DNA of 42,185 nucleotides, taken from NCBI GenBank assembly GCA_050249405.1, contig JBFWQN010000001.1, forward strand, positions 1 through 42,185. The letters are read 5' to 3'. The DNA comes from Hyphomicrobiaceae bacterium (GTDB lineage Bacteria > Pseudomonadota > Alphaproteobacteria > Rhizobiales > Hyphomicrobiaceae). Positions 33,104-42,185 of the stretch are shown piece by piece. A program made the position numbers and the translations under genes. The stretch's first letter is position 1, and each line of letters begins with the position of its first letter. A model generated the notes under the pieces. That model was not told where the DNA came from. It saw nothing but the letters and a program-made list of their open reading frames with translations, and searched no databases.

Positions 33104-33673
33104 CTACTTTTTTTGCATCCGCAGGGGCGCGGCCAACCTCACCCCGCGACAGAGCCGCGGCGCGCGGCGCAGGAAATCGGCGGCGCGGATGCCGCGGATC
33201 GGATGCCGCCATCTCGGAGCGACCTCCGCCAGGGGCACGAGGACGAAACCTCGAGCGGTCATCTCCGGATGCGGCAGCACGAGCCCGGATCGCTTGCGCG
33301 GGCCAGCGGAACGGCCGACGCGGGCGCCCTTGAAATCGAGTATGTCGATGTCGAGCGGGCGAGCACTCCAATGTCCGTTTGGCCGGCGGCCGGCGTGCCG
33401 CTCGAGGCGCTTCAGCAGGCGAAGCAGCGCTGCGGGCGCAATCGAGCCTTCGATGCCGATGACGGCGTTGCTATAGCGGGGCTGGCGCGGCCCGCCGAGC
33501 GGCTCGGTCAGGTAGAGCGACGAGCACGCGACGACCCTGAGACCGGCCCGTTCGATTTGGTCGATCGCGCGACGCAGCGTTGCCGGCGGCTCTCCCCAGC
33601 AGCCGCGCTCGTTGGCGCCGAGCGAGCACCAGACGAGGCGCTGTGGTTGGCGACGGCCCACGCGGTTCTCCAT
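33104..33673 (-). CDS. folK: 2-amino-4-hydroxy-6-hydroxymethyldihydropteridine diphosphokinase (HPPK)
   Basis: SLGAN...SSLYLTEPLGGPRQPRYSNAV...LLRLLKRLERHAGR...WSARPLDIDILDF......LVLPHPEMTARGFVLVPLAEVAP matches the HPPK signature. Start chosen at ATG 33673. Confidence 0.8.
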   Translation of the reverse strand: MENRVGRRQPQRLVWCSLGANERGCWGEPPATLRRAIDQIERAGLRVVACSSLYLTEPLGGPRQPRYSNAVIGIEGSIAPAALLRLLKRLERHAGRRPNGHWSARPLDIDILDFKGARVGRSAGPRKRSGLVLPHPEMTARGFVLVPLAEVAPRWRHPIRGIRAADFLRRAPRLCRGVRLAAPLRMQKK

Positions 33674-33869
33674 ATAGGTCCCAGCAGTTTTTCCAGTCAG
33701 TAAGTGGCCGGCCCTTCCCTTCCAAGACCGGATTGGGATATATGCTGGATTTTGCCGCAGTCGCGTTTCCGTGGGCCATCGCATCCAACGATGTTTTGAG
33801 CGGGTGCGCCGAGCCGAAAAGTTGGCCTGTGGCGGCATCAACAAGTGATTTCAAAAGGCGATCATCATC

Positions 33870-34508
33870 ATGTTCTTCTATCCGACCGAGAGAATCGCCC
33901 TGTTTATCGACGGCGCCAACCTTTACGCGACGGCGAAGGCTTTGGGCTTCGACATCGATTACAAGCGCTTACTGGGAATCTTCCGCACCAAGGGCCGACT
34001 TGTACGGGCCCTTTACTATACGGCGCTCGCCGAGGATCAGGAATACTCTTCGATCCGGCCACTGATCGACTGGCTCGATTACAACGGCTACACGATGGTT
34101 ACAAAGCCGACCAAAGAGTATACGGACTCGTCCGGTCGGAGGAAAATCAAGGGAAACATGGACATCGAGCTCTCCGTCGATGCCATGGAGCTCGCCGATC
34201 ATCTCGATCATATCGTGTTGTTCTCGGGCGACGGAGACTTCCGCTCGCTGGTTGCCGCCTTGCAGCACAAGGGCCTGCGCGTGAGCGTCGCCTCGACGCT
34301 GCAGACGCAGCCACCGATGGTCGCGGACGAGTTGCGCCGGCAAGCCGACCAATTCATCGATCTCGCGGACTTGGAAAAAGACATTTGCCGCGATCCATCG
34401 GCCCGTATTCCGCGCGAGACGCGCGAGACGCGCCTGCAGCAAATTCGCACCCAGCAGCAGCGTGGCCTCGAGCGCGAGCCGTTCCCTAACGACGACATCG
34501 ACGTCTGA
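33870..34508 (+). CDS. NYN-domain (LabA/DUF88-like) protein
   Basis: RIALFIDGANLY...YYTA......LIDWLDYNGYTMVTKP...KGNMDIELSVDAMELADHLDHIVLFSGDGDFRSLVAALQHKGLRVSV is the typical NYN/LabA pattern. Confidence 0.8.
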   Translation: MFFYPTERIALFIDGANLYATAKALGFDIDYKRLLGIFRTKGRLVRALYYTALAEDQEYSSIRPLIDWLDYNGYTMVTKPTKEYTDSSGRRKIKGNMDIELSVDAMELADHLDHIVLFSGDGDFRSLVAALQHKGLRVSVASTLQTQPPMVADELRRQADQFIDLADLEKDICRDPSARIPRETRETRLQQIRTQQQRGLEREPFPNDDIDV

Positions 34509-34778
34509 CTCTGACCGGGCACCGATTGCGATAGCCAGGCGCTGCACACGTTCCAGACTTGCGGGCGATCACTCGGCTTTTGAGCCGACGCTGCGGGCAT
34601 CGGCCAGATCGTTGCCGGTGAGGCCAAGGCAACCTATGTTGCCAAGATCGGCCCCACCATGCTGACCGAGTGAAAGCAGCCATTCGGAAATTGCCGAGGC
34701 GCAGCTTCCGCCCGGGGCCGAGGCGCCACGGAGCGAGATTCGAGCCGGGCCGTGTCCAAGTCAGTGGGGACCAACCGC

Positions 34779-35432
34779 ATGCCCGAGACCGACGATCGCC
34801 ACTTCATCTATTTTGCCGATCCCATGTGCTCGTGGTGCTACGGCTTCGCGCCCGTCGTGGAGCAGCTCGCGGCCCACTTCGACGGACGTCTGCCCGTGCG
34901 CATCGTGATGGGCGGGCTGCGTGCGGGAAACCGGCAGCCGATGCGTGAAAAGGACCGCGACTACATTCGTGGCGCCTGGAAGAATGTGGCCGAGGCGTCC
35001 GGGCAACCGTTCGATCACGCATTCTTCGATCGCGAGACGTTCACCTACGACACCGAGCCCGCCTGCAGAGCCGTGGTGGCCATGCGCAGGCTGGCACCCG
35101 GTCAGGCGCTCGCGTTCAATCGGCGCGTGTCCGCATCGTTCTATGCCTCCAACCGCGACGTGACCGACGACGAGGTGCTGGCCGATATCGGCGCCGAGGC
35201 CGGCATCGAGCGAGCCTGCTTTCTCGCCGAGCTCCAGAGCGAGGCGTGCCGGAACGAGACGTTCGGCGACTTCCTGATGGCCAAGCAATCGGGCGTCGAG
35301 GGGTTTCCGCTTCTCGCGGCCGGCAACGAGCGAACGGGCTACGCGCTCGTCACCCACGGCTTCCGGCCGATCGACGGACTGATCGAGGCGATCGACGACT
35401 GGCTGGCCAAGGGCGCCCCTGTGACGCAATAA
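34779..35432 (+). CDS. DsbA-family thioredoxin-fold protein
   Basis: FIYFADPMCSWCYGF contains a CxxC motif within a DsbA-like context. 217 aa from ATG 34779. GTG 34752 is an alternative start. Confidence 0.7.
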   Translation: MPETDDRHFIYFADPMCSWCYGFAPVVEQLAAHFDGRLPVRIVMGGLRAGNRQPMREKDRDYIRGAWKNVAEASGQPFDHAFFDRETFTYDTEPACRAVVAMRRLAPGQALAFNRRVSASFYASNRDVTDDEVLADIGAEAGIERACFLAELQSEACRNETFGDFLMAKQSGVEGFPLLAAGNERTGYALVTHGFRPIDGLIEAIDDWLAKGAPVTQ

Positions 35433-35568
35433 CGTCCGTCGACGACCGCAGCTGGCCCTCGAGCCACGTGGCGGCTAGATAACCCATTGCCTCGATCTGG
35501 ATCGAACGACCCATCGGGGATTTGGCGAGCCGGTCGCGAGATGCGGGCGGCCGAAGCCATCCGACTCC

Positions 35569-37584
35569 ATGGATCCGGGGAGTAAGGCGCTGGAAAGCCG
35601 CTACAGGGTCGCCCTCGAGGCAACGCAGATCGGCATCTGGACATGGTGCCGGTCGACCGGCTTCATCGTGTGGGACGAGCAGGCGTCCGCCATCGCCGGC
35701 ATCGGTCCAGAAGCGCGGCTCGAGCTGCTCGACTGGGAGTCGCTCGCACACGAGGACGACCGGGTGAAGGTCCGCGACGCCTTTGCCGCGGCGCTCGACC
35801 CCGCCGGCGAGGGCAGGCTCACCATCGAGGCACGCTTCATTCGCCAGTCCGACAGGATGGAGCGCTGGCTGTCACTCTACGGCCGCTGCGAGTTCCATGA
35901 TGGAGCGCTCGACCGGCTCTGCGCAGCCGTCCGCGACAACACCCTCAGCCGCAGCATCGAGGCCGAGACGGATCGCATCGAGGCGCGTCTCGCGGCCATC
36001 GTGTCGATCGCGGCCGACGCCATCATCTCGCTCGACGGCGAGCAGCGCATCACGCTTTTCAACGCCGGTGCCGAGCAGATGTTCGGCCATGTGCGGCACG
36101 AGGTGATCGGGCAGAGGCTCGATGTGCTGCTGCCCGAGCGCTATCGCGACGCGCACGCGCATCACGTGCGCCGGTTCGGGCAGGTGGGCAATGTCGCCCG
36201 CTCGATGGGGCAGCGAGCCGAGATCTTCGCGCGCCGGAAGAACGGCGAGGAGTTTCCGGCCGATGCCTCGATCTCGCATATCGAGGTCGGCGGCGAGCGC
36301 ATCTATACGGTTGTGCTGCGTGACGTCTCCGAGAGAAAACGCGCGCTGGACCAACTCGTCATGAGCCAGAGCGAGCTCGAGGCGCGCGTGGCGGAGCGGA
36401 CCGCCGAGCTGCAGGCCGAGATGAGACGGCGCGAGGAGACGCAGGCACAGCTCGTGCGCACCCAGCGCATGGAGGCCTTCGGCCAGCTGACCGGCGGCAT
36501 CGCGCACGACTTCAATAATCTGCTCACGGTGATCACCGGCAACCTGGAGTTGCTCGAGATGCGGCTCGAGGAGGACCGGTCCCTGGCTCTCCTCAAACGT
36601 GCCCACGATGCAGCCGAGATGGGCGCGAGGCTCACCTCCCGCCTGCTCACGTTCGCCCGGCGTCGCCAGTTCTCGCCGGCCCCGCTCAATCTGAATGAGC
36701 AGGTGATGGGCATGGTGGACCTGCTGCGCCGGACCCTCGGCGAGGACGTGGACCTCAATGCGCGGCTGGCACCCCGCCTCTGGACCGTGCGAGCCGATCC
36801 GAGCGAGGTGGAGAACGCGGTGCTCAACCTCGCCATCAACGCGCGCGACGCGATGCCGAAAGGCGGCCGCCTTGTGATCGAGACGGCGAACGTGACTGCC
36901 GAGGAGGGCCAGATCGGAACCATCGATCGCCTCAGCTCCGGCGCCTATGTCCGGCTGTCTGTCTCGGATACGGGGACCGGCATGAGCCCCGACGTGTTGG
37001 CGCACGCTTTCGAGCCGTTCTACACGACCAAGCAGCCGGGCAATGGCACGGGGCTGGGGCTCAGCACCATCTACGGATTCGCCCAGCAGAGCGGCGGCAC
37101 GGCGACCATCTATTCCGAGCAGGGCCTCGGCACGACGGTGAACATCTATCTGCCGAGGGCCGATGAGGGCGCCGCGCAGCAGGCGCCGGTCCGCAATGGC
37201 GAGCTGGCGGTGTCGGCCGGCGAGAGTGTGCTCCTCGTCGAGGACAACGCCGAGGTCCGCGAGGTGACGCGCCTCCGGCTCGAGGGCCTCGGCTACAGGG
37301 TGGTCGAGGCCGAGAACGGTGCTATGGCGCTGGCGCTTCTGAGCGAGGTCAATGGTGTCGACATCGTTTTCAGCGACGTCGTCATGGGCGGCGGCTTGTC
37401 CGGTTTCGACGTCGCACGCGAGGTCCGGGCACGCTGGCCGCAGACTCGCGTGCTGCTGACGTCCGGCTACCCCGACGACATCCTGCGCGAGCAGGAGCCA
37501 GCGCTGCACGAGTTGCGGATACTCAGAAAGCCATATAGCCGGGCCGAGCTGGCAACCACCCTGCGCGAGATCCTGGACGCCTGA
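35569..37584 (+). CDS. PAS-domain hybrid sensor histidine kinase / response regulator
   Basis: Two PAS-like regions, an H-box (GGIAHDFNNLLTVI), N and G boxes (NLAINARDAM, DTGTGM, GTGLGLS), and a C-terminal receiver (VLLVEDN...FSDVVM...LTSGY). Confidence 0.85.
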   Translation: MDPGSKALESRYRVALEATQIGIWTWCRSTGFIVWDEQASAIAGIGPEARLELLDWESLAHEDDRVKVRDAFAAALDPAGEGRLTIEARFIRQSDRMERWLSLYGRCEFHDGALDRLCAAVRDNTLSRSIEAETDRIEARLAAIVSIAADAIISLDGEQRITLFNAGAEQMFGHVRHEVIGQRLDVLLPERYRDAHAHHVRRFGQVGNVARSMGQRAEIFARRKNGEEFPADASISHIEVGGERIYTVVLRDVSERKRALDQLVMSQSELEARVAERTAELQAEMRRREETQAQLVRTQRMEAFGQLTGGIAHDFNNLLTVITGNLELLEMRLEEDRSLALLKRAHDAAEMGARLTSRLLTFARRRQFSPAPLNLNEQVMGMVDLLRRTLGEDVDLNARLAPRLWTVRADPSEVENAVLNLAINARDAMPKGGRLVIETANVTAEEGQIGTIDRLSSGAYVRLSVSDTGTGMSPDVLAHAFEPFYTTKQPGNGTGLGLSTIYGFAQQSGGTATIYSEQGLGTTVNIYLPRADEGAAQQAPVRNGELAVSAGESVLLVEDNAEVREVTRLRLEGLGYRVVEAENGAMALALLSEVNGVDIVFSDVVMGGGLSGFDVAREVRARWPQTRVLLTSGYPDDILREQEPALHELRILRKPYSRAELATTLREILDA

Positions 37585-37699
37585 CAGCCTTTGCTCGCGC
37601 CGGACGGCCGTCGCACCATTCGCTGGCCGCCATGACGCGCATGCGACCCCGCTTGCGGGGCCGATTATCGCACCCGCCCACTGCTCCCCCGGCAGGCGA

Positions 37700-38356
37700 T
37701 CAGCCCATCGCCTTGCGGTGCATCCGCTCGGTCCAGTCCATGGTCAGGTTCTGGAAGAGCCAGCGGCTGCGCTCCTTGAGCCGCCGGTAGGCCGCTCGCA
37801 TGTCGAGCACCAGGGTAATGCGGCGGCTGCGGCTCCTGAGCTCGCCCACATCATGGGTCGCAATCGGCGTGAAGCCGATGACGCGCGTGTGGAAGCCGTA
37901 AGGGCTGTGCGGATCGTCCTCGAACACGTCGGTCACGAGATGCGTGTAGCCCCGCGCCATGATCTCGGCGAAGGCCGCCCGCATCAGGCTCGTCGCGACC
38001 GAGAAGCGGCCCCGGCGCTTGGCCACCACGGCGAAGCGCCCCACCTCGGCGATGCGAGAGCCGGCGAGCAGCTCGTCGACCTTGAATGACGGGTCGATCA
38101 ATTTGAGGCTGTACTTGGCGTACTGCTCGATCGGCGGATCGAACAGGATACGCAGCACGCCGACCGGCTCCTGGCCCATCGTGGTCACGAACCACGCAAT
38201 GTCGTCGCACGCGAGGTCCGTGATCGGAATCTGGCTTTCCGGCTCGACGATCCAACCCTTCTCGCGGGCGTAGGTCTGTCGCAGAACCTCGATGACCTGC
38301 TCACGCTCGGCCTCGCTGGTCACTCGGCGCGTGATCGCGTGCTCATGGCGTCCCAT
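37700..38356 (-). CDS. GNAT-fold N-acyltransferase (N-acyl amino acid synthase / OlsB-like)
   Basis: IAEVGRFAVVAKRRGRFSVATSLMRAAFAEIMARGYTHLVTDVFEDD is typical of acyl-ACP-dependent N-acyltransferases. The start is uncertain (ATG 38356, or the upstream start codon at 38407). Confidence 0.6.
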   Translation of the reverse strand: MGRHEHAITRRVTSEAEREQVIEVLRQTYAREKGWIVEPESQIPITDLACDDIAWFVTTMGQEPVGVLRILFDPPIEQYAKYSLKLIDPSFKVDELLAGSRIAEVGRFAVVAKRRGRFSVATSLMRAAFAEIMARGYTHLVTDVFEDDPHSPYGFHTRVIGFTPIATHDVGELRSRSRRITLVLDMRAAYRRLKERSRWLFQNLTMDWTERMHRKAMG

Positions 38357-39143
38357 GACGAGGCTCCTGTGGCAGAGGCTCCCAGGACTTTCCCGAGAGC
38401 CGGGCAATCTCAGTCATCATCGTGGCATGCCAGGCGCGCACCTCGCGCGCCGCGACGGGGGCCGCCGACAGCTTGGCCGGAGGCCGGATCGGTGCGCCGA
38501 ACGTGACGTCCAGCATCGGCCGGCGCTCGCCGGAAATGAGGCGGATGCCGGCTGGAACGATCGGCGCACCCGATTCGAGCGAGAGGCGAGCCGCGCCGTA
38601 GCGTCCGCGCATGAGACGCGCGGGATCGCGATTGACGGTGCCTTCGGGAAAAATGCCGATGCTGCGTCCGGCCTCGAGATGCGCCAGCGCCCGCTCGTGC
38701 GACGGCTCGGACGGCGCGTACAGCGGCTTCAGCGCGTTGAGAAAGCGCGGTCGAGCCGACTTGCGCATGACGACGATTGCCCCCGAGCGGCGATACAGCA
38801 AGCCTATGCCTGGAATCATCTGGAAATTCCAGTCGGCCAGGAAGTGCACGCGACGACCGCCACGATGATACATCAGCAGCGCTGGCAACGCCACCGCCTC
38901 CAGGCGCGATGCATGATTGAAAGCGAGCACGAACGGATCGCGATCGGACGAAATGTGCTCGATGCCGCGAACCGCCGCGAAACGGTGCAGCATCAGGGCA
39001 GCGGCTGTGCGCGCGATCGTGCGGTCGAGGAGGCGGCCGAGACCAGGAAGAGGGTGGCGCATGATCTCGCGCACGCCGGGGCAGCGCCACGGCGGACAGT
39101 CCATGACGTCGCTGAACCGACCGTCGGAATCGGCCAGTGCCAT
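38343..39143 (-). CDS. PlsC-family (lysophospholipid/1-acyl-glycerol-3-phosphate-type) acyltransferase
   Basis: Motifs AFNHASRLE (NHxxxxD/E type) and IFPEGTVNRD (FPEGT). The start is uncertain. It overlaps the downstream GNAT gene. Confidence 0.65.
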   Translation of the reverse strand: MALADSDGRFSDVMDCPPWRCPGVREIMRHPLPGLGRLLDRTIARTAAALMLHRFAAVRGIEHISSDRDPFVLAFNHASRLEAVALPALLMYHRGGRRVHFLADWNFQMIPGIGLLYRRSGAIVVMRKSARPRFLNALKPLYAPSEPSHERALAHLEAGRSIGIFPEGTVNRDPARLMRGRYGAARLSLESGAPIVPAGIRLISGERRPMLDVTFGAPIRPPAKLSAAPVAAREVRAWHATMMTEIARLSGKSWEPLPQEPRHGTP

Positions 39144-39280
39144 GTGCAGGCGTCTCCCCTCCCCAATCGACTCGAAAGCGAGCCGCAAGGGCTGTTCATT
39201 GCATACGATCTTCGCGACCAAACCGACCGGCGTCAACGCGGTGCGGTCGCCCCATTCCACCGCCTGAGGACGATCCGGGC

Positions 39281-39610
39281 TCAATTCGGCGCCGTCGTGC
39301 TCGGTGCATCCGACTTGTTCTTCCAGATCAGATGAATATTGCGGGCATAAATGAACAGCCCCATGCCTTGGCCGAGAACGAACACGGGGTCGGCGCGGTA
39401 GATCGCATAGGCAAACAGGAGAGCACCGCCGGCCACGGAGAAATACCAGAACACCTCCGGCACGATCGATCGCTTGGCCCGCTCGCTGGCGATCCATTGC
39501 AGGATGAAGCGCATCGAGAACAGCAATTGCGCCACGAAGCCGACCGACAGCCAGAGCAGCTCGGTCGTCGAGACGGAGGCCCACCATGCGGCGAGTCGGG
39601 CCATCGTCAT
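39281..39610 (-). CDS. Lipid-A-disaccharide-synthase N-terminal-domain (LAB_N) small membrane protein
   Basis: LWLSVGFVAQLLFSMRFILQWIASERAKRSIVPEVFWYFSVAGGALLFAYAIYRADPVFVLGQ is characteristic of LAB_N proteins. It lies downstream of a GT2 gene. Confidence 0.7.
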   Translation of the reverse strand: MTMARLAAWWASVSTTELLWLSVGFVAQLLFSMRFILQWIASERAKRSIVPEVFWYFSVAGGALLFAYAIYRADPVFVLGQGMGLFIYARNIHLIWKNKSDAPSTTAPN

Positions 39611-39725
39611 GTTGACCGCGCCCCGGGGTGGCCGCCTCGGCGACTGTGGACCTGCCCTCCCGTCGCGCACCGTGGCACCACGTCGCCGGCATCTCCTGCC
39701 AAGGGCATGTCGATCGTCTCCGCCT

Positions 39726-40535
39726 TCATGTCGCCTCGGTGGCGCTGGAGCGGCGCGAGGGCTCGGAGCGCCGCGTTTGACAAGTCATGCCGGCAACCTG
39801 CCGCCCGGCATCGCTGTCCTCGACGATCGGCGGCACCTTGGTACGCCGGCGGATCCAGGCGACGCCGAACAGATCATAGATGCCGACGAGCGCACGCCCG
39901 AGATTTGTGTATTTCGACTTGCCGGCCCGCCGAGGCCGATCGTTGACCGGCACATAGGCCACCTCGTGCCCGTAGGTGATGAACAATGCCGGCAGATAGC
40001 GGTGCATCGACGTGAAGAACGGCAGACGCAGGAACGCCTCCCGCCAGTAGACCTTGATGCCGCAACCGGTGTCGGGGCACTGGTCCTTCAGCACCCTGTC
40101 ACGCAGCCAGTTGGCGAAGCGCGAGGCGAGCCGCTTCGAGCCCTCCGCCTTCCGGTCGACCCGGATGCCCCCGACGAGAGCTGGTCCCTTGCCGCCCGGC
40201 GCCCCGAGACGCTCGAGCAGACGTGGAATATCGGCGGGATCGTTCTGGCCATCGCCGTCCAATGTGGCGATCACCGGGCTGGTCGCGGCGAGAATGCCCG
40301 TTCGCATGGCCGTGCTTTGCCCGCTGCGCTCGCCGTGACGCAGATAGCGCAGCCCCTGCAGCGCTCCCCGCTCGACGAGCGTCTTGACCTCGGAGCCAGT
40401 GGCATCCTCGCTGCAATCGTCGACGACGATCACCTCGGCGAGGATTGCGGGCGGAACGACTGCGTAGGCTTCCTCTACGAGGCGGCCGATGTTGCCCGCC
40501 TCGTTCAGCGCCGGAATGACGACCGTGACGCGCAT
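39726..40535 (-). CDS. Family 2 glycosyltransferase (polyprenyl-phosphate sugar synthase, ArnC/GtrB-like)
   Basis: VTVVIPALNEAGNI...VIVVDDCSEDAT...ATLDGDGQNDPADIP...CGIKVY are GT2 motifs. Start ATG 40535. Confidence 0.75.
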   Translation of the reverse strand: MRVTVVIPALNEAGNIGRLVEEAYAVVPPAILAEVIVVDDCSEDATGSEVKTLVERGALQGLRYLRHGERSGQSTAMRTGILAATSPVIATLDGDGQNDPADIPRLLERLGAPGGKGPALVGGIRVDRKAEGSKRLASRFANWLRDRVLKDQCPDTGCGIKVYWREAFLRLPFFTSMHRYLPALFITYGHEVAYVPVNDRPRRAGKSKYTNLGRALVGIYDLFGVAWIRRRTKVPPIVEDSDAGRQVAGMTCQTRRSEPSRRSSATEAT

Positions 40536-40809
40536 CGCGCTCGAGCTCCCGATTGGGCGGCGGCTGCCTCGCATCGCACAGGGCCGGGACGGCGCACATG
40601 CGCCGACCTGACGCGGCGCCCGGTATTCCACCGCCGTTCTCGGGCCCGCCACCCAGGCCGTACCGGCGATCACCGCAACCATTCGACCAGGTCGGCATGC
40701 GGTGGACTTCCACCCCAGCCAAGCAGCCTGTAAATGAGCCGGCAGCATGGCCATCCGGGCGGGCGGATCGGCTGGGCCGAATGGACCGCGTCGCAACAAG
40801 GTGTCAGGA

Positions 40810-42185
40810 ATGATCAGCGCCGCACGCACTGCACCCGCCGCCTCGGGCCCGGCCGAAGGGCAGTCGTCCGTCGTTGCTCTCCTGCTCGCGATGCTCGCGG
40901 GGCTCCTCGTCGTGCGCCTCACCGCGCTCGCTTTCAACGCGACCGACCTCTTCTTCGACGAGGCGCAGTACTGGAGCTGGTCGCGGGAGCCCGCGTTCGG
41001 CTACTACTCGAAACCTCCGCTGGTCGCAGCGCTCATCGGCGCCGCGGGCACTGTCTGTGGCGACACGACGTTCTGTGTGCGCCTTGCCTCGCCGCTCCTG
41101 CACGCCGTCACGGCCGCGCTGGTGTTTCTGGTGGGGCGACGGCTCTACGGAGATCGCGTCGCACTCTGGTCGGCCGCAACGTATGCACTGCTGCCCGGCG
41201 TCTCGCTGTCGGCGGGCCTCATCTCAACGGATGCGCCGCTCCTTGCCGCCTGGGCACTGGCGCTGCTCGGCCTTGTCGGGCTCGTGCAGGCGGAGCGCGG
41301 CATTGCCCCCGCACTGGCTCTCGGACTTGGCCTCGGCCTCGGCCTCAATGCCAAGTACGCGATGGCCTTCTTTCCCTTGTGCCTCGCGGTCTGGCTGGTC
41401 GCGACGCCGAGCGCGCGCCCGCTGCTGAGGGACTGGCGGCTGTGGGCAGGGCTCGCCCTGGGCGTCGCTTGCATCGTGCCGAACCTCGTCTGGAACATCG
41501 CGAACGGCTTCGCCACGTTCGCCCACACCGCCGACAACGCGAAATGGGGCGGCTCCCTCCTGAAGCCCGGCAAAGGTCTCGAGTTCATGGCGGCGCAGCT
41601 CGCCGTGTTCGGTCCAATTCTGATGGCCGGGCTCGTGCTCGCCCTGCATCGCGGCTGGCGCGAGGGGCTGGCCCCGGCGGACCGCCTGCTGGTGTCCTTC
41701 ACATTGCCGGTGCTGGCAGCCATCACGGCGCAAGCGTTCCTCTCTCGGGCGCACGCCAACTGGGCGGCCACGGCTTATGTCGCGGCGAGCATCCTGGTGC
41801 CGGCGACGCTACTCAGGCTCGGCCGCTCGCGGTGGCTCACGGCCTCGGCCGGGCTGCATATCGCCGTGCTGGCCATGCTCGCGGTCGGTGGCGCCTTCGC
41901 CGGACGATTTGCCGTGCCTTTCGCCGGTGACCCCTACCAGCGGACGCTCGGATGGGCCGGCATCGCCGACCGGACGTCAGCTGCACTGGCCGAGGCACGC
42001 GGCTCGGGCCAGCCATATGCCACCGTGATCGCCGACGAGCGTGCCGTGACCGCGGTGCTGCTTTATTACATGCGTCGCGAGCCGACGCCCGTGCTCGCGT
42101 GGCGATCGGGCTCGCGGCCGCTCGACCATTACGAGATGACGCGGCCCTTCAAGGGCGCGGGCCAGACGCCCGTTCTGCTGGTTTC
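40810..42185 (+). CDS. ArnT/PMT-like GT-C glycosyltransferase (3' end outside the window)
   Basis: Hand translation (the frame is not closed within the window): MISAARTAP...FFDEAQYWSWSREPAFGYYSKPPLVAALIG...STDAPLLAAWALAL...NAKYAM. Multi-pass membrane protein with the DE...YW motif region. ATG 40747 is an alternative start. Divergent from the GT2 gene. Confidence 0.7.
   Translation, partial: MISAARTAPAASGPAEGQSSVVALLLAMLAGLLVVRLTALAFNATDLFFDEAQYWSWSREPAFGYYSKPPLVAALIGAAGTVCGDTTFCVRLASPLLHAVTAALVFLVGRRLYGDRVALWSAATYALLPGVSLSAGLISTDAPLLAAWALALLGLVGLVQAERGIAPALALGLGLGLGLNAKYAMAFFPLCLAVWLVATPSARPLLRDWRLWAGLALGVACIVPNLVWNIANGFATFAHTADNAKWGGSLLKPGKGLEFMAAQLAVFGPILMAGLVLALHRGWREGLAPADRLLVSFTLPVLAAITAQAFLSRAHANWAATAYVAASILVPATLLRLGRSRWLTASAGLHIAVLAMLAVGGAFAGRFAVPFAGDPYQRTLGWAGIADRTSAALAEARGSGQPYATVIADERAVTAVLLYYMRREPTPVLAWRSGSRPLDHYEMTRPFKGAGQTPVLLV

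Noticed and set aside
32928-33703. Plus-strand ORFs 32928..33476 and 32936..33703
   Set aside because: They lie antisense to folK and the tRNA flank, and their translations are low-complexity and Arg/Pro-rich.
33845-34489. 214-aa plus-strand ORF overlapping the NYN gene, and the minus-strand ORF at 33969..34547
   Set aside because: The 33870..34508 frame carries the clear NYN/LabA motifs. The others are out-of-frame shadows.
40734-41930. 398-aa plus-strand ORF from the ORF track
   Set aside because: Its translation is Arg/Gly/Ala-rich low complexity. The adjacent frame starting at ATG 40810 gives a convincing multi-pass ArnT-like membrane protein that runs off the window.

Overview
High-G+C chromosome segment, probably alphaproteobacterial (inferred from the tRNA and host gene content). 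Nt 1 to about 32.8 kb is the right-hand part of an integrated temperate podovirus-like prophage. It carries a T7/BPP-1-type virion module of tightly coupled, often TGATG/ATGA-overlapping genes: terminase large subunit (cut by the window edge), portal, scaffold, major capsid, cement/decoration-like protein, adaptor, nozzle and four large internal/ejection proteins. At about 18.0-24.1 kb the virion genes are interrupted by a visibly lower-G+C regulatory/early-like island. This island holds a resolvase-like HTH protein that seems to lack the catalytic serine and sits at an overlapping divergent promoter pair. It also holds nine small rightward genes preceded by a repeated junction motif, a membrane-anchored HTH protein, and a P22 immI-like module (RHH protein + operator repeats + Bro-N antirepressor). 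Three large enzymatic receptor-binding proteins follow, with a lysis cassette (TIGR02594-type hydrolase plus overlapping spanins) embedded between them. The prophage abuts the 3' end of tRNA-Lys(CUU) (32838-32913, minus strand). To the right are ordinary host genes: folK, an NYN-domain protein, a DsbA-like protein, a PAS hybrid histidine kinase, a PlsC-like/GNAT acyltransferase pair, and a LAB_N/GT2/ArnT-like glycosylation trio running off the window. No CRISPR array, rRNA, transposase or reverse transcriptase was recognised. All homology statements are by-eye motif recognition; no searches were run.
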